Part shown: positions 33,700-43,474 of the stretch, piece by piece
Layout of the letters: every line of letters begins with the position of its first letter
How positions within the stretch are numbered: position 1 is the stretch's first letter
Assembly: GCA_947366645.1 (NCBI GenBank)
Contig: CANBAX010000001.1
Span: 1 to 46,568, forward strand
Direction: 5' to 3'
Source of the DNA: an uncultured Clostridia bacterium
GTDB taxonomy: Bacteria > Bacillota > Clostridia > Christensenellales > UBA1242
Length of the DNA: 46,568 nucleotides
The notes under the pieces: model-generated
What the model saw: only the letters and a program-made list of their open reading frames with translations
Database searches by the model: none
Told to the model about the DNA's origin: nothing
Translations under genes and position numbers: made by a program

Positions 33700-34213
33700 A
33701 TTTTATCAATTTTAAATCCTTTATATTTACTGAAACACAATCTCCATCATAAAATTTCCCATTTTCATTAAAGCCAGAAAAGTCGACAAGAACCGTATTC
33801 TTTATAGAATAATTTATGCACACAACTCCCCTTTCTCCTTTATGTAATCCATATTTTGTATACTTCTCATCTTCAATAATAAGTTCAACCAAATCATTTT
33901 CTTTGAAAATTGACTTTTCAAAGTTCTCTTTTTTTGAAATATTTTCTTCACTTATCTTATTACTAGTTTTAAGTTCTTTTACAAAATTTATAGGTAAAAC
34001 CAAATCTTCTTTTTTTAAGTCAGTTTCTTCCACTTCTAACACTGCATAGTCACCAACTATTTTATCATTTAAAAATAGCACTCTCGCTTTCCCTTTTGGT
34101 AATATTTTTAATACTACTCCGTTTGTGTGCAAATATAGATACTTATTTTCATATTCTTTTTTTAAATTTATTAAAGTTACAATATCATTTTCTTTCATTG
34201 ATTTGTCCTCCAA
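33698..34213 (-). CDS. tandem DUF4926-like protein (candidate immunity/antitoxin)
   Basis: 171 aa with two internal repeats (NDIVTLINLKKEY...GVVLKILPKGKARVLF and NDLVELIIEDEKY...GERGVVCINYS...VLVDF) resembling the small DUF4926 fold. It overlaps the upstream gene by 29 nt. Confidence 0.45.
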   Translation of the reverse strand: MEDKSMKENDIVTLINLKKEYENKYLYLHTNGVVLKILPKGKARVLFLNDKIVGDYAVLEVEETDLKKEDLVLPINFVKELKTSNKISEENISKKENFEKSIFKENDLVELIIEDEKYTKYGLHKGERGVVCINYSIKNTVLVDFSGFNENGKFYDGDCVSVNIKDLKLIK

Positions 34214-34775
34214 AAGGTGTAATATTTCTTATTTTTCCTTCGGGCTCTAGCATCCAACCCGAGTAAAACTTATTACCTCGCAAATTCACAGGTATGGCTA
34301 GCCTCAGTCCATATTGATCTAAATTTCTTAATTCATAATTGCCATTAATATAATTATTTAATGCTTGATTTTTCAATTCGTTCTGTATTTCAACTGAATC
34401 TGCAATACTATATCCCCATGATTCAAATAAATCTTTCTTTCCTTTATTATTTTCAGAATTAAAGATGTAATTACTAATTTTATCTATAGAACAACTGGTT
34501 TGAGCTTTATTTTCTACTTTTGTTTGACTTATTCTTACTTTAGAACAGTCACAATTCTCATGTAATGGCTGAGGTGGACTTTTACTTTCTAAAAGATAAC
34601 AGCCGTCTAATGCTGTACACTTTAAACAATGATTAAAAAAAGCCATCAATTTACGCATTACACTTCTTAATATTGGTGGATTATTTGGTATATTAAAATG
34701 ATCCCATTCAAACCATAAATTATAAACTATATTTCCACTTTCATCTACTTTAATTAAATTTTCAAATATATTCAT
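34185..34775 (-). CDS. MuF C-terminal fragment fused to DUF6883-like domain (candidate toxin)
   Basis: 196 aa. CLKCTALDGCY...PPQPLHENCDC resembles the end of the phage MuF/SPP1 gp7 head-morphogenesis domain. KISNYIFNSENNKGKKDLFESWGY...YGLRLAIPVNLRG...SGWMLEPEGKIRNITPF resembles DUF6883. From memory only. Confidence 0.45.
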   Translation of the reverse strand: MNIFENLIKVDESGNIVYNLWFEWDHFNIPNNPPILRSVMRKLMAFFNHCLKCTALDGCYLLESKSPPQPLHENCDCSKVRISQTKVENKAQTSCSIDKISNYIFNSENNKGKKDLFESWGYSIADSVEIQNELKNQALNNYINGNYELRNLDQYGLRLAIPVNLRGNKFYSGWMLEPEGKIRNITPFGGQINERK

Positions 34776-34856
34776 ATAAACCTCCCTACAAAGAAATAGT
34801 CTTTGTTAATTAAGGTTTAATACATACTTTTTATTAAATCAATACTTTGTGCCAAA

Positions 34857-35933
34857 TTATTTTTTATAAAATCCATTTATTTCGCCACCACCGAGGCAGA
34901 TGCCGTTATCATCATAAAGCACAACATACTGCCCTTCCGTGATAGCACGCTGACTCTCAGCAAAGTCCACCTTAATTTCGCTATCACTAAGCACAGTGAC
35001 ATGCACCTTTTGGTCAGGCTGGCGATATCTGAATTTGGCATAGCAGTCAAAGTCCCTCTCTTTTGGCTTTTCGGGTATCCAATTCATTTTTATTGCGTAT
35101 AGTCCGTCAGTAAAAAGTTCTTTATCCTCGCCTTGCGATACATAGAGGACATTATTTTTTAAATCCTTCCTTACAACAAACCAGCGTTGTCCATTGCCGT
35201 CCGCCCTTCCGCCTATATTTAGCCCACGTCGTTGACCCAAGGTGTAATACATAAGTCCGTCATGACGACCGACTACCTTCTCATTTAAATCCCTAATTTC
35301 TCCGCCTTTTGCTGGAAGAAAATCCTTTAAAAAGTTTTTGAAATTACGCTCGCCAATAAAGCAAATACCGGTAGAATCTTTTTTCTCAGCGGTGGAAAGG
35401 TCAAGTTGTTTTGCTATTCTTCTAACCTCTGGTTTTTCGATATCTTCAAGAGGAAAGAGAACATATTTCAGTTGATTTTGATTAAGTTGATTTAAAAAGT
35501 AGGACTGGTCTTTATTTAAATCACTGGCTTTGGCAAGGTAGAATTTTCCGTCCTTCTCTACCTTTCTTGCATAATGACCGGTGGCTATCATATCAGCACC
35601 CAGCGCCCTTGCCTTTTCTAGAAAGGGACCAAACTTGATTTCACGATTACATAGTACATCGGGATTTGGCGTTCTACCCGCCTTATACTGCTCTAAAAAG
35701 TAAGTGAAAACCCTATCATAATACTCCTTTGAATAGTTTACGCTATAATACGGAATACCGATTTTTTCGCATACACGTTTAACATCTTCAAAATCGTCCT
35801 CTGCCGTGCAGGTGCCGTCACGCTCCTCCCAATTAACCATAAATAGCCCGATGACATCATGCCCCTGTTGCTTTAATAAATAGGCTGCCACTGAAGAGTC
35901 TACTCCGCCACTTATACCTACTACTACTCTCAT
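34857..35933 (-). CDS. mnmA: tRNA 2-thiouridine(34) synthase
   Basis: [19 protein letters not shown]-loop, 358 aa, typical MnmA C-terminus. Confidence 0.95.
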   Translation of the reverse strand: MRVVVGISGGVDSSVAAYLLKQQGHDVIGLFMVNWEERDGTCTAEDDFEDVKRVCEKIGIPYYSVNYSKEYYDRVFTYFLEQYKAGRTPNPDVLCNREIKFGPFLEKARALGADMIATGHYARKVEKDGKFYLAKASDLNKDQSYFLNQLNQNQLKYVLFPLEDIEKPEVRRIAKQLDLSTAEKKDSTGICFIGERNFKNFLKDFLPAKGGEIRDLNEKVVGRHDGLMYYTLGQRRGLNIGGRADGNGQRWFVVRKDLKNNVLYVSQGEDKELFTDGLYAIKMNWIPEKPKERDFDCYAKFRYRQPDQKVHVTVLSDSEIKVDFAESQRAITEGQYVVLYDDNGICLGGGEINGFYKK

Positions 35934-36421
35934 CAGTCCTCCCCTAACAAATCTATTGCCACCGGCACTTTAAAGCGTTTTAATGCCACTGCAAAGATAT
36001 CATATATCCACACGCAAAGAATGGCACCACAAAATGGCATCACTATTTCAAAGAAATGTCCACCCCAAAGGGATAAAAAGTATCCATTAAAGACAGTGAA
36101 CGCAATTAGCAGTATCATATTTATAGTAAACATAGCGCCTCTAAGATATCTGCCTGTATAGTAGCAATGTCCGCCAAAAATCCCCAAAAATATAGTATAC
36201 AAAAGCAGTTTTATAAAACTGACATCACTTGGAAGTGTCTTTGTCTTGATTATAAAACTTCGGTCTCCACGCAGTTTTTTGCGTTTAGCATCTTTATTTG
36301 TTGCAAGGGCAAGGCGTTCAAACCTTAAACCACAGTCTTCACAAACTTCGGTGCTTTCCACCGTTTTTAAGCCGCAGCGTGGGCAGGTTTTCATTTTTAC
36401 CCTTGTTTTACTATTTAGCAT
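35933..36421 (-). CDS. zinc-ribbon plus TM2-domain membrane protein
   Basis: CPRCGL...CEDCGL zinc ribbon followed by [19 protein letters not shown]2-like helices. Confidence 0.65.
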   Translation of the reverse strand: MLNSKTRVKMKTCPRCGLKTVESTEVCEDCGLRFERLALATNKDAKRKKLRGDRSFIIKTKTLPSDVSFIKLLLYTIFLGIFGGHCYYTGRYLRGAMFTINMILLIAFTVFNGYFLSLWGGHFFEIVMPFCGAILCVWIYDIFAVALKRFKVPVAIDLLGED

Positions 36422-36456
36422 GGCTATATTTTATCACGACGGAAGGCTAGTGTCAA

Positions 36457-37935
36457 TTAATAATCCTCTTTATTTGCCTTTTCTAGTGCTTTATTGTAAT
36501 AAATGTATGAAGGTTTATCCTCTGGCACTAGGCGTAAAAGTTCCTCAAACTCTCTCGCACTTTCCGCGTAGCGACCATCATTATATTTCCTTACCGCAAG
36601 TTCAAATTTACTTTTTAAGTGAATAAGTTTTTCTCGTCTATCACGAGGATAAATTTCAACACTTTCAAATAGAGGCAGGCTGGTGCCTTCATCTAAACTT
36701 AGTGAACCAAGGTAGCGATAGTTAAATCTATATTTTGACGACACCTCATTAAGCACCGACTGAGTAAATATTACCTTAGTGTGAAGGAATTTATTGATGT
36801 CTTCAAGTTTTGAAGCAAGGTCGATGGTATCTGATACTATTGTTGGACTTTTACGCTCTTCCTCCCCCACAATACCAAAGATAACCTCGCCGGTATGCAC
36901 CGATATTTTTGCGTCCACTGGCGGAAGGTCACGATGTGATTTATTTTTCATTTCTATCGTCCTTACTATCGCATGAGCGCAGTCTATTGCGTTTTGTGGG
37001 CGTGGAAATACCGCCAAAATGCCCTCACCCATATATTTATCAACAAAGCCGTCATACCTTCTGATAATTGGCGAAACAACATTCAAGTAAGAATTTATAA
37101 AATTAAAATTTTCTTCTAAACTTAAGCTACGGCTCATTTCTGTGGCACTCTTTAAGTCGCAAAACAAGGTTGTTGCTGTCTTTTTGACTTGATTGCCAAG
37201 TTCTAGCTCGGCTATACTGGATTTTCCTAAGAATTTAAGGAATTGTTTTGGGATAAACTTTTGTGCTTCAAGGTCGGTCTGTTTCAGTTTATTATCCTTT
37301 TCCTTATAGTTATAGTTTATTTTATTTATAGAATGCTCTACACTTTTAAATTGTTTACTTTTTCCGATGTTAAGTCTATCCTCTTTTAATCCGCCGTCAC
37401 TTAAGCGTGAAAGTAGTTTTTCTATCTTATTCACAGGTCGACAGATGAACATATACATAAGAAGTAGCGCCACTATGTATGCTATCGAAATTAGCACCAC
37501 CCAAAGCACAGTGTTATACACATTTGTTGTTGAAATATTGAGGACATTTCGCACTGAAGTGGCAAGTGGGCTTGTCATTCTTGGAACAGATGTGAGAAGG
37601 TATACACCCACGCCATAAACTAGCGTAAGCGGAAGGGTAGAAAAAAATATTACACGACTTAAGGTTTGTGTACGCAAAAACCTTGTAAATAGTATTCCGC
37701 CGATTATACCATTTATAGTCATTACCGCTATGCCCACATATGCCCATGTATCAAAGGATATGCTGAAGCCACCATTTATTGGTTTTATTCCAGCCATAAC
37801 AAACTGCCCCAGATATATCGCCGGTGGCAGAGTAAGAACAAACAAAACTATTAATATCTTTGTACTTAATTTCATAACTTTATCTTTTGCAAACTTTTTA
37901 ATACTATTCATGGAATAATTTATATCATTTAGCAC
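36457..37935 (-). CDS. membrane-anchored class III adenylate/guanylate cyclase with C-terminal TPR-like segment
   Basis: 492 aa with N-terminal TM helices. LFCDLKSATEMS...GFVDKYMGEGILAVF...HTGEVIFGIVG is a cyclase homology domain. Confidence 0.8.
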   Translation of the reverse strand: MLNDINYSMNSIKKFAKDKVMKLSTKILIVLFVLTLPPAIYLGQFVMAGIKPINGGFSISFDTWAYVGIAVMTINGIIGGILFTRFLRTQTLSRVIFFSTLPLTLVYGVGVYLLTSVPRMTSPLATSVRNVLNISTTNVYNTVLWVVLISIAYIVALLLMYMFICRPVNKIEKLLSRLSDGGLKEDRLNIGKSKQFKSVEHSINKINYNYKEKDNKLKQTDLEAQKFIPKQFLKFLGKSSIAELELGNQVKKTATTLFCDLKSATEMSRSLSLEENFNFINSYLNVVSPIIRRYDGFVDKYMGEGILAVFPRPQNAIDCAHAIVRTIEMKNKSHRDLPPVDAKISVHTGEVIFGIVGEEERKSPTIVSDTIDLASKLEDINKFLHTKVIFTQSVLNEVSSKYRFNYRYLGSLSLDEGTSLPLFESVEIYPRDRREKLIHLKSKFELAVRKYNDGRYAESAREFEELLRLVPEDKPSYIYYNKALEKANKEDY

Positions 37936-37958
37936 AACCTTAGATTATGGAGGAAATT

Positions 37959-38399
37959 ATGGAAGAAAGAAATTCTATCTACCTTAACTGCGTTTATCAA
38001 AATATTAGAACGGCGGTGCAGTCCATTGAGGATATTATCACTAAGACTGATGATGCGTCACTTAAAAAAGAACTTGCTCTTGAAGCGGACACATATCTTG
38101 CACTTCAAAGAGAATGTGAAGTATACGCGAAAAGCGAAAAGCTTGATATCAAAGATAATAATTTTATGGAAAAGGCTAGACTTTGGGGTTCTATTAATAT
38201 GTCAACCCTCATGGACAAATCTACACGGCACATTGCCCAGCTTATGCTTATTGGTACCTTTATGGGCATCTTAACCTGTTACAAAGACCAAAATGACCAC
38301 GGCGGCGAAAACAAGGAAATTGACGAAATGCTTGAAAGGCTTAAAGAATTTGAACGCAAAAATATCGAAAGATTACTACCTTTTTTAAAAGAAAACTAA
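37959..38399 (+). CDS. hypothetical protein, 146 aa
   Basis: GGAGG RBS 5 nt before ATG 37959; the ORF track starts at 37947. I recognise no family. Confidence 0.55.
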   Translation: MEERNSIYLNCVYQNIRTAVQSIEDIITKTDDASLKKELALEADTYLALQRECEVYAKSEKLDIKDNNFMEKARLWGSINMSTLMDKSTRHIAQLMLIGTFMGILTCYKDQNDHGGENKEIDEMLERLKEFERKNIERLLPFLKEN

Positions 38400-38426
38400 C
38401 AGAATATAGAGTGCAGTGAATTGCTT

Positions 38427-38492
38427 AGATTTCTCCGCTGCGGGCTAGTGCCCTTCGGTCGAAATGACAGTGTAAATGTAGTCGAAATAACA
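38427..38492 (+). repeat. mosaic repeat cluster R13
   Basis: A unit 38427-38469. Degenerate short unit AGTCGAAATAACA 38480-38492. Confidence 0.9.
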
Positions 38493-38502
38493 ATGAAGAA
38501 AA

Positions 38503-39402
38503 CTAAGTTTTAAAAATCTCGGCAAAGGTGGTGCTAAGTGGAAAGCGTAAACTCCATTTTAGCACTACTTTTTCATCGACAAGTTTTGTTTGTCCCTCAC
38601 CCACAACATAGAAAACTGTGAAGCGATTAGGTTCGATATGCTTAATCGCCTCATGCAAGGTGGTGGAAAAATTGATTACTAACATATAAGGCCGCGAAAA
38701 CTTTTTAATTTTTCGGCTGAATAAATTTAATTTTTCATACTTACTTTCGCTTTTGGTTTGAATAAGTCCACCAAGCATAAAACACGCGGCAAGGGCAAAG
38801 GTTGGGTTATAATCATAGGTGCAGGAATAGATGAATAATGCGAGGAATAGCAGTGTGAAAATAATATTTGCCACAATAATTATTTTTACAGCTTTTTTTC
38901 GTGATGTACGACCACTGAGAAGGGAGATGAAAATTCTTCCTCCGTCAAGTGGATATGCAGGTAGCAGGTTGAATAATGCAAGTAGTACCGACTGAGATAC
39001 AAAAATATCAGTAAAACCATATAGCACAGGGAAAATCCACCATAGTGCCACCGCGACCACTGACAAAACAATATTTACAAGTGGCCCTGCCACCGCTATT
39101 TTAAATTCGTCACTACCCTCAAAAGTTTTTTCCTTATAGTTTAAACTTACGCCATACGGGGCAAGAAAAAAACTATCGAGTTTATATCCTAGTTTTTTTG
39201 CTACAAAATAATGACCAAGTTCATGAGTTACTACTACACCTACAAATATAAAAAAAGCGGATACCTGTCCCGTCACCATGAACCACGCAAACAAGAGCAA
39301 AAAACTTGGGTGTAGCGGAAACTTTTTCCTTAATTTTATAGTCCGCATAAGGCTAGTACCCCAAGCGTCACGCAGGCCACAGTCAATAGGCAAAAAACGC
39401 AT
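38503..39402 (-). CDS. M50 site-2 metalloprotease, SpoIVFB-like
   Basis: HELGHYFVAKKLGY (HExxH) and NLLPAYPLDGGRI (NxxPxxxLDG) within TM helices, with a CBS-like C-terminal segment. The start is uncertain (39402 or ATG 39348). Confidence 0.8.
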   Translation of the reverse strand: MRFLPIDCGLRDAWGTSLMRTIKLRKKFPLHPSFLLLFAWFMVTGQVSAFFIFVGVVVTHELGHYFVAKKLGYKLDSFFLAPYGVSLNYKEKTFEGSDEFKIAVAGPLVNIVLSVVAVALWWIFPVLYGFTDIFVSQSVLLALFNLLPAYPLDGGRIFISLLSGRTSRKKAVKIIIVANIIFTLLFLALFIYSCTYDYNPTFALAACFMLGGLIQTKSESKYEKLNLFSRKIKKFSRPYMLVINFSTTLHEAIKHIEPNRFTVFYVVGEGQTKLVDEKVVLKWSLRFPLSTTFAEIFKT

Positions 39403-39607
39403 TTTACCAGTTTTAAACGATTAAATCTAATTTTAATTTTTACCGAAGAATAATTCTCTCCATAACTTTTTACTCTTTTTTCTTGCATAGATTAATATAT
39501 GCTTGTACTGATATAGTTAGGACTTGACAATTTATATAAATAAAGTATTTAAAAAAAAGACTTGACAGATTCCCCCCCCATTATAATAGTGGTATGGTGT
39601 AATAAAG

Positions 39608-39892
39608 ATGGTAAAATACTACATAAAACAAGAAGCATTAGCAGCGGTTAAAGAGAGTGGCTTTGCATTAAGTCATGCAAGTGATGAGCTTAGAAACGAC
39701 AAAGAGGTTGCTTTAAAAGCGTTTAAGCAGGATGTGAGAGCATTACGATATGTAGGTAAAGAGCTTATGTCAAATACAGCATTCTTATACCAACTTTGGA
39801 GTAAAAAATCATCGTCAAAACCACTTATCGACAACACAAATGTTAAAAAAGAAAGTATCAATATGAAAGATAATGAGAGCGAAAGCGTATAA
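39608..39892 (+). CDS. DUF4116 repeat protein (putative)
   Basis: 94 aa. ALSHASDELRNDKEVALKAFKQDVRALRYVGKEL fits the DUF4116 repeat pattern. Confidence 0.55.
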   Translation: MVKYYIKQEALAAVKESGFALSHASDELRNDKEVALKAFKQDVRALRYVGKELMSNTAFLYQLWSKKSSSKPLIDNTNVKKESINMKDNESESV

Positions 39893-39893
39893 T

Positions 39894-39921
39894 AAAAAAC
39901 ACACCGAAAGGTGTGTTTTTT
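39894..39921 (+). terminator. rho-independent terminator
   Basis: AAAAAACACACC-gaaa-GGTGTGTTTTTT. Confidence 0.85.
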
Positions 39922-40262
39922 AGATTTCTCCACTTTGCGACCATAGGTCGCGTCGGTCGAAATGACAGTGCTTTAAGCGGTTATTGTCAATTTTTTAAAA
40001 GATTTCTCTGCCCCACTATGTTCAGGTCGAAATGACAGTGGCGTGAACCACTTTTTTACGCTGACACTAGATTCTTCGACTACGCTCAGAATGACGGGAG
40101 GCGAATAGATTTCTCCGCTCCGCTATCGCTACGGTCGAAATGACAGAAAAGGGATTTGTCGAAATGACAGAAGGCGGGGTTTTGACATTTTATTAAAAAA
40201 GATTTGTCGAAATGACATAAAGTGGAAGGTCGAAATGACAAAATGGGTTGGTCGGTATGACA
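39922..40262 (+). repeat. mosaic repeat cluster R14
   Basis: A units 39922-39967, 40000-40037 and 40107-40145. B/C unit 40038-40096. Collapsed units AGATTTGTCGAAATGACA at 40152-40169 and 40200-40217. Short unit 40228-40240. Degenerate unit 40250-40262. Confidence 0.9.
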
Positions 40263-40274
40263 GCGCGTAGCCGA

Positions 40275-40943
40275 TTAGGCTATATCGTCAGATTTTATTT
40301 CCTCGACCTGCTCCCCTCTCAAGAAATCGGGAAGTTCTTCGGTAAATTCTATATCATCAACATTTCGGAAAAGGCTATCAGACTGTTCATTCTCCTCTTC
40401 CCTTATCACTGTGATACGCTGAAGGAGCTCTTCATAATCAGGCAGGTCGGCAAGGTTTGTGAGATTAAACCTCTTTAAGAAGTTTTCAGTAGTGCCAAAC
40501 ATAAGTGGTTTACCCACTGCATCTTTACGCCCTACCACCTCTATCATATCTTGGTCGACAAGTACTTGTACCGCATAGTCTGCGTTTACTCGGCGGATAT
40601 CCTCTATCTCAAGTTTAGTTATTGGCTGTTTATACGCCACTATCGCGAGTGTTTCAAGAGCGGCACGAGTAAGGGACTTTTCGCGAATTGGATTAAGAAC
40701 ATCTGAGATATAATCCGCAAAATTTGGATTTGAGGCAAGTTGTACCTTATTTTTATAGGTAATCACATGTATACCATTTTCCCCTGTATATACTTGTTTA
40801 AGTTCCTCTATTGCTTTATCAACCTCTTTCTCACTTACCCCTAATTTCTCCGCAATAAATGACTTCTCTATGCCATCACCTGACACGAAAAGTACGGAAA
40901 GTACAATATTTTTTAAGTTCATAACTGTATCTATACTACTCAT
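40275..40943 (-). CDS. scpB: segregation and condensation protein B
   Basis: VLFVSGDGI...LTRAALETLAIVAYKQPITKLEIEDIRRVNADYAVQVL...GKPLMFGTTENFLKRF. Confidence 0.9.
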   Translation of the reverse strand: MSSIDTVMNLKNIVLSVLFVSGDGIEKSFIAEKLGVSEKEVDKAIEELKQVYTGENGIHVITYKNKVQLASNPNFADYISDVLNPIREKSLTRAALETLAIVAYKQPITKLEIEDIRRVNADYAVQVLVDQDMIEVVGRKDAVGKPLMFGTTENFLKRFNLTNLADLPDYEELLQRITVIREEENEQSDSLFRNVDDIEFTEELPDFLRGEQVEEIKSDDIA

Positions 40944-41704
40944 TCTGCTACCTCATTTGAAATTATATTTATTTGAGAGAAAATTCCCGACTGCTCAGCA
41001 CGGATAGTTTGAAGTTTTAATAGTTCTAGGAGTGCCAAAAAGACATTTATCATCTCACTCTTCGTCATATCTTGGACAAAAAGCTCCTCAAACGGAAAGC
41101 GTTTATGTCCCCTTGCATAGTCACGAATGGAAATAACCTTTTCTGCCACCGTGAATCTATCTTTGGCTATTTTCTTTGGCTCTTCTTTCTCCTTCCCCCT
41201 TGCTTCCTGTTTTGTAAGGAGTTTTGCAAAGGCGTCCAAGAGTTTATCAAGCACCATGTCTTTTATAACTATCTTGACTTTTTCCGTTTCTTTACCAGCC
41301 GCACGATAGAGTTTATTTATATCTTCAATTTCTCTAAGACGCTGACCTGTTTCTTTGAAAAGTTCATACTCCTTAAGTCGTCTTAAAAGCAAGGTTTCAC
41401 TATCTTCCTCTTCACTATCCTCTTCAACTTCGACTGGAAGGAGATGCTTTGATTTAATCTCGAGTAGTGTGGCGGCAACTATGATAAACTCACTTGCTCT
41501 ATCCATGTCAATATTATCAAGGTCTGCCATGTATGCCATATACTGCTCGGTGATATCACCAAGTTTGACCGTCATGATATCAAGTTTACTATCCTTTATA
41601 AGGTGCAAAAGAAGGTCGAGCGGACCCTCGAAATTATCAAGTTTAAATCTATATTTATCATCTATGAAACTGAGTTGTTCAGTTTGCACCTGTTCTGTAG
41701 CCAT
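40940..41704 (-). CDS. scpA: segregation and condensation protein A
   Basis: FEGPLDLLLHLIKDSKLDIMTVKLGDITEQY, 254 aa, 4-nt overlap with scpB. Confidence 0.9.
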   Translation of the reverse strand: MATEQVQTEQLSFIDDKYRFKLDNFEGPLDLLLHLIKDSKLDIMTVKLGDITEQYMAYMADLDNIDMDRASEFIIVAATLLEIKSKHLLPVEVEEDSEEEDSETLLLRRLKEYELFKETGQRLREIEDINKLYRAAGKETEKVKIVIKDMVLDKLLDAFAKLLTKQEARGKEKEEPKKIAKDRFTVAEKVISIRDYARGHKRFPFEELFVQDMTKSEMINVFLALLELLKLQTIRAEQSGIFSQINIISNEVAE

Positions 41705-41776
41705 TTTTTCTCCATTTGTTACAATATTATTTTAACAAATTATATATATAAAAAGCAAGCGAAATTGTGAAAAAAT

Positions 41777-41801
41777 AAAAAACCGCTGAATGCGGTTTTT
41801 T
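41777..41801 (-). terminator. rho-independent terminator (bidirectional shape), distal to the dacB 3' repeat cluster
   Basis: AAAAAACCGC-tgaat-GCGGTTTTTT. Confidence 0.75.
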
Positions 41802-41823
41802 ATATTGAAATTTACAGATACTT

Positions 41824-42093
41824 AGATTTCTCCGCGACGCCTTCGGCTCTGGTCGAAATGACAGTGTGAGTGAATAGATTTCTCCGCTACGGGCTATTGC
41901 CCTTCGGTCGAAATGACATAGGTTAGAAAGTATGTTCGGTCGAAATGACAAAAGGTAAGAATATAGTTTTAGTAGAAATGACATAATCCGATTTAATAGA
42001 TTTCTCCGCTCTGCGACCAAAGGTCGCGTCGGTCTAAATGACAATATAACTTTGTAAGTAAGGTTAAAATGACAGTGCTTTAGGCGGTTTTTT
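41824..42093 (+). repeat. mosaic repeat cluster R15
   Basis: A units 41824-41863, 41876-41918 and 41998-42043. Short unit 41938-41950. Degenerate units 41981-41993 and 42062-42074. Hairpin GTGCTTTAGGCGG plus T-run 42075-42093. Confidence 0.9.
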
Positions 42094-42142
42094 ATTATCT
42101 TCCTCTCGAAAAGTTGCGACAAATCGCCAATGTAGCAAAGCC

Positions 42143-42226
42143 TAATGCGATTTCGTTTGGTCGCAAAAGACGAGCGGGACGGCAAGGTCGTAAAAATTTA
42201 TGTATGTAAATTTTGAGACCGATTAG
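42143..42226 (+). repeat. D module copy 2 (about 85 nt), 15 nt downstream of the dacB-like stop
   Basis: TAATGC..TTTGGTCGCAAAAG..AAAAATTTATGTATGTAAATTTTGAGACCGATTAG aligns with 27632-27716. Confidence 0.75.
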
Positions 42227-42240
42227 TCCCTTGCGAAGTC

Positions 42241-43404
42241 TTACCACTCGTGAACTATCTTATCAAAGCAGTCTTTGAGGGAAAGTTTATCTAGGGGTTC
42301 TTTGACAATTAGGCTGATTTCCTTTACAACCTGTCCTTCATGAGATATTATCGCTTTTCCGACCTCTTCCCCTGCTTTCTTAGGTGCAGAGATTTTTTCA
42401 GGTAGCTCATAATTTACCTCGTAACTAGATTTATCGCCCTTTTTGACAACTACGCTATAATCCTCTTCAGCGAAAATATCTACACTTTCCTTTTTACCCT
42501 TATTTACTAACATATTCTTGCAAGCGACTTCTTTTTCAAGCAGGCTTTTATTTTCATAATTAGCAAATCCATAATTGAATAGGCTTGAGCATTCATTAAA
42601 GCGAGTTTGGCTGTTTTTAGCACCTACGATTACCGAGATTAATCTCATATTATTTCTTTTTGCACTTGCACTTAAGCAGCAACCTGCTTCATTAGTTGAC
42701 CCAGTTTTACCACCGTCACAACCATCATAGTAACGAATAAGTCTATTTGTATTTACAAGTTCTGTTTTACGTCCTGACGGATGAGTAAGTTCGTCCATCC
42801 AAATAGTAGAATACTTATGATAATTTTCATGCTCTGCCACCGCCTTCAGTACTATTGCACTATCTTTTGCACAGGAATACTGCTCTGGTGCTGGAAGACC
42901 GGTACAATTTGAATAATTAGTATCATTCATGCCAAGTTCCTGTGCACGCTTATTCATTTTTCCTACAAAAGCCTTTTCACTTCCACTGATATGCTCGGCT
43001 AATGCCACTGAAGCGTCATTTGCTGATGCCATAATTACACTTTTAAGTAAATCCTCTGCCCTATATTCAACAAATGGGTCTATAAACACTTGACTTCCGC
43101 CCATGCCTGAAGCATTTTCAGAAGTGGTTACCATAGTGTCAAGAGTTAGGTTACCGTTATCTATCTCCTCTAAGGTAAGAAGAATGGTCATCATTTTTAC
43201 CATACTTGCCACTGGAAGATGCTCGGTTGAGTTCTTCTCATACAGCACTTGCCCCGATTTATAGTCAACAAGACAGGCACTTTTTGAACTTATCTCTATA
43301 TCGCCTGTTGCCATTACTGGCAATAATGCAGTTTGCATACTAGCACAACATATTGTGGCTAGTATGCATAAAAACAATAGACTAGATACAAAAATCTTTT
43401 TCAT
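42241..43404 (-). CDS. D-alanyl-D-alanine carboxypeptidase (PBP5-type, DacB/DacF-like)
   Basis: Signal peptide, SMVKMMT (SxxK), SANDA (SxN), GGKTGST (KTG). Confidence 0.9.
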   Translation of the reverse strand: MKKIFVSSLLFLCILATICCASMQTALLPVMATGDIEISSKSACLVDYKSGQVLYEKNSTEHLPVASMVKMMTILLTLEEIDNGNLTLDTMVTTSENASGMGGSQVFIDPFVEYRAEDLLKSVIMASANDASVALAEHISGSEKAFVGKMNKRAQELGMNDTNYSNCTGLPAPEQYSCAKDSAIVLKAVAEHENYHKYSTIWMDELTHPSGRKTELVNTNRLIRYYDGCDGGKTGSTNEAGCCLSASAKRNNMRLISVIVGAKNSQTRFNECSSLFNYGFANYENKSLLEKEVACKNMLVNKGKKESVDIFAEEDYSVVVKKGDKSSYEVNYELPEKISAPKKAGEEVGKAIISHEGQVVKEISLIVKEPLDKLSLKDCFDKIVHEW

Positions 43405-43474
43405 TTACTTACTCCTTTTTGAAAATAGTTTTTTCCAAATTTATTATTTTATGCAAGGAGTAAGCGTCAAAAAA

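Noticed and set aside
32248-34775. An integrated mobile element or prophage remnant at tRNA-Ser.
   Set aside because: I found no integrase or recombinase, no direct repeat of the tRNA 3' end and no other phage genes. Only the accessory-looking gene content is suggestive, and that is reported separately as a toxin-immunity candidate.
41727-42185. Track ORFs lying inside repeat clusters (4009..4449, 14879..15169, 21862..22062, 27414..27668, 31935..32183, 33351..33614, 41727..42185) could be a family of SFRP/HFDRS/ISTEGRSPQRRNL-motif proteins.
   Set aside because: The shared peptides are simply the repeat units read in different frames on the antisense strand. The ORFs have no RBS. They have variable frames and boundaries set by chance stops. 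They sit on terminator hairpins.
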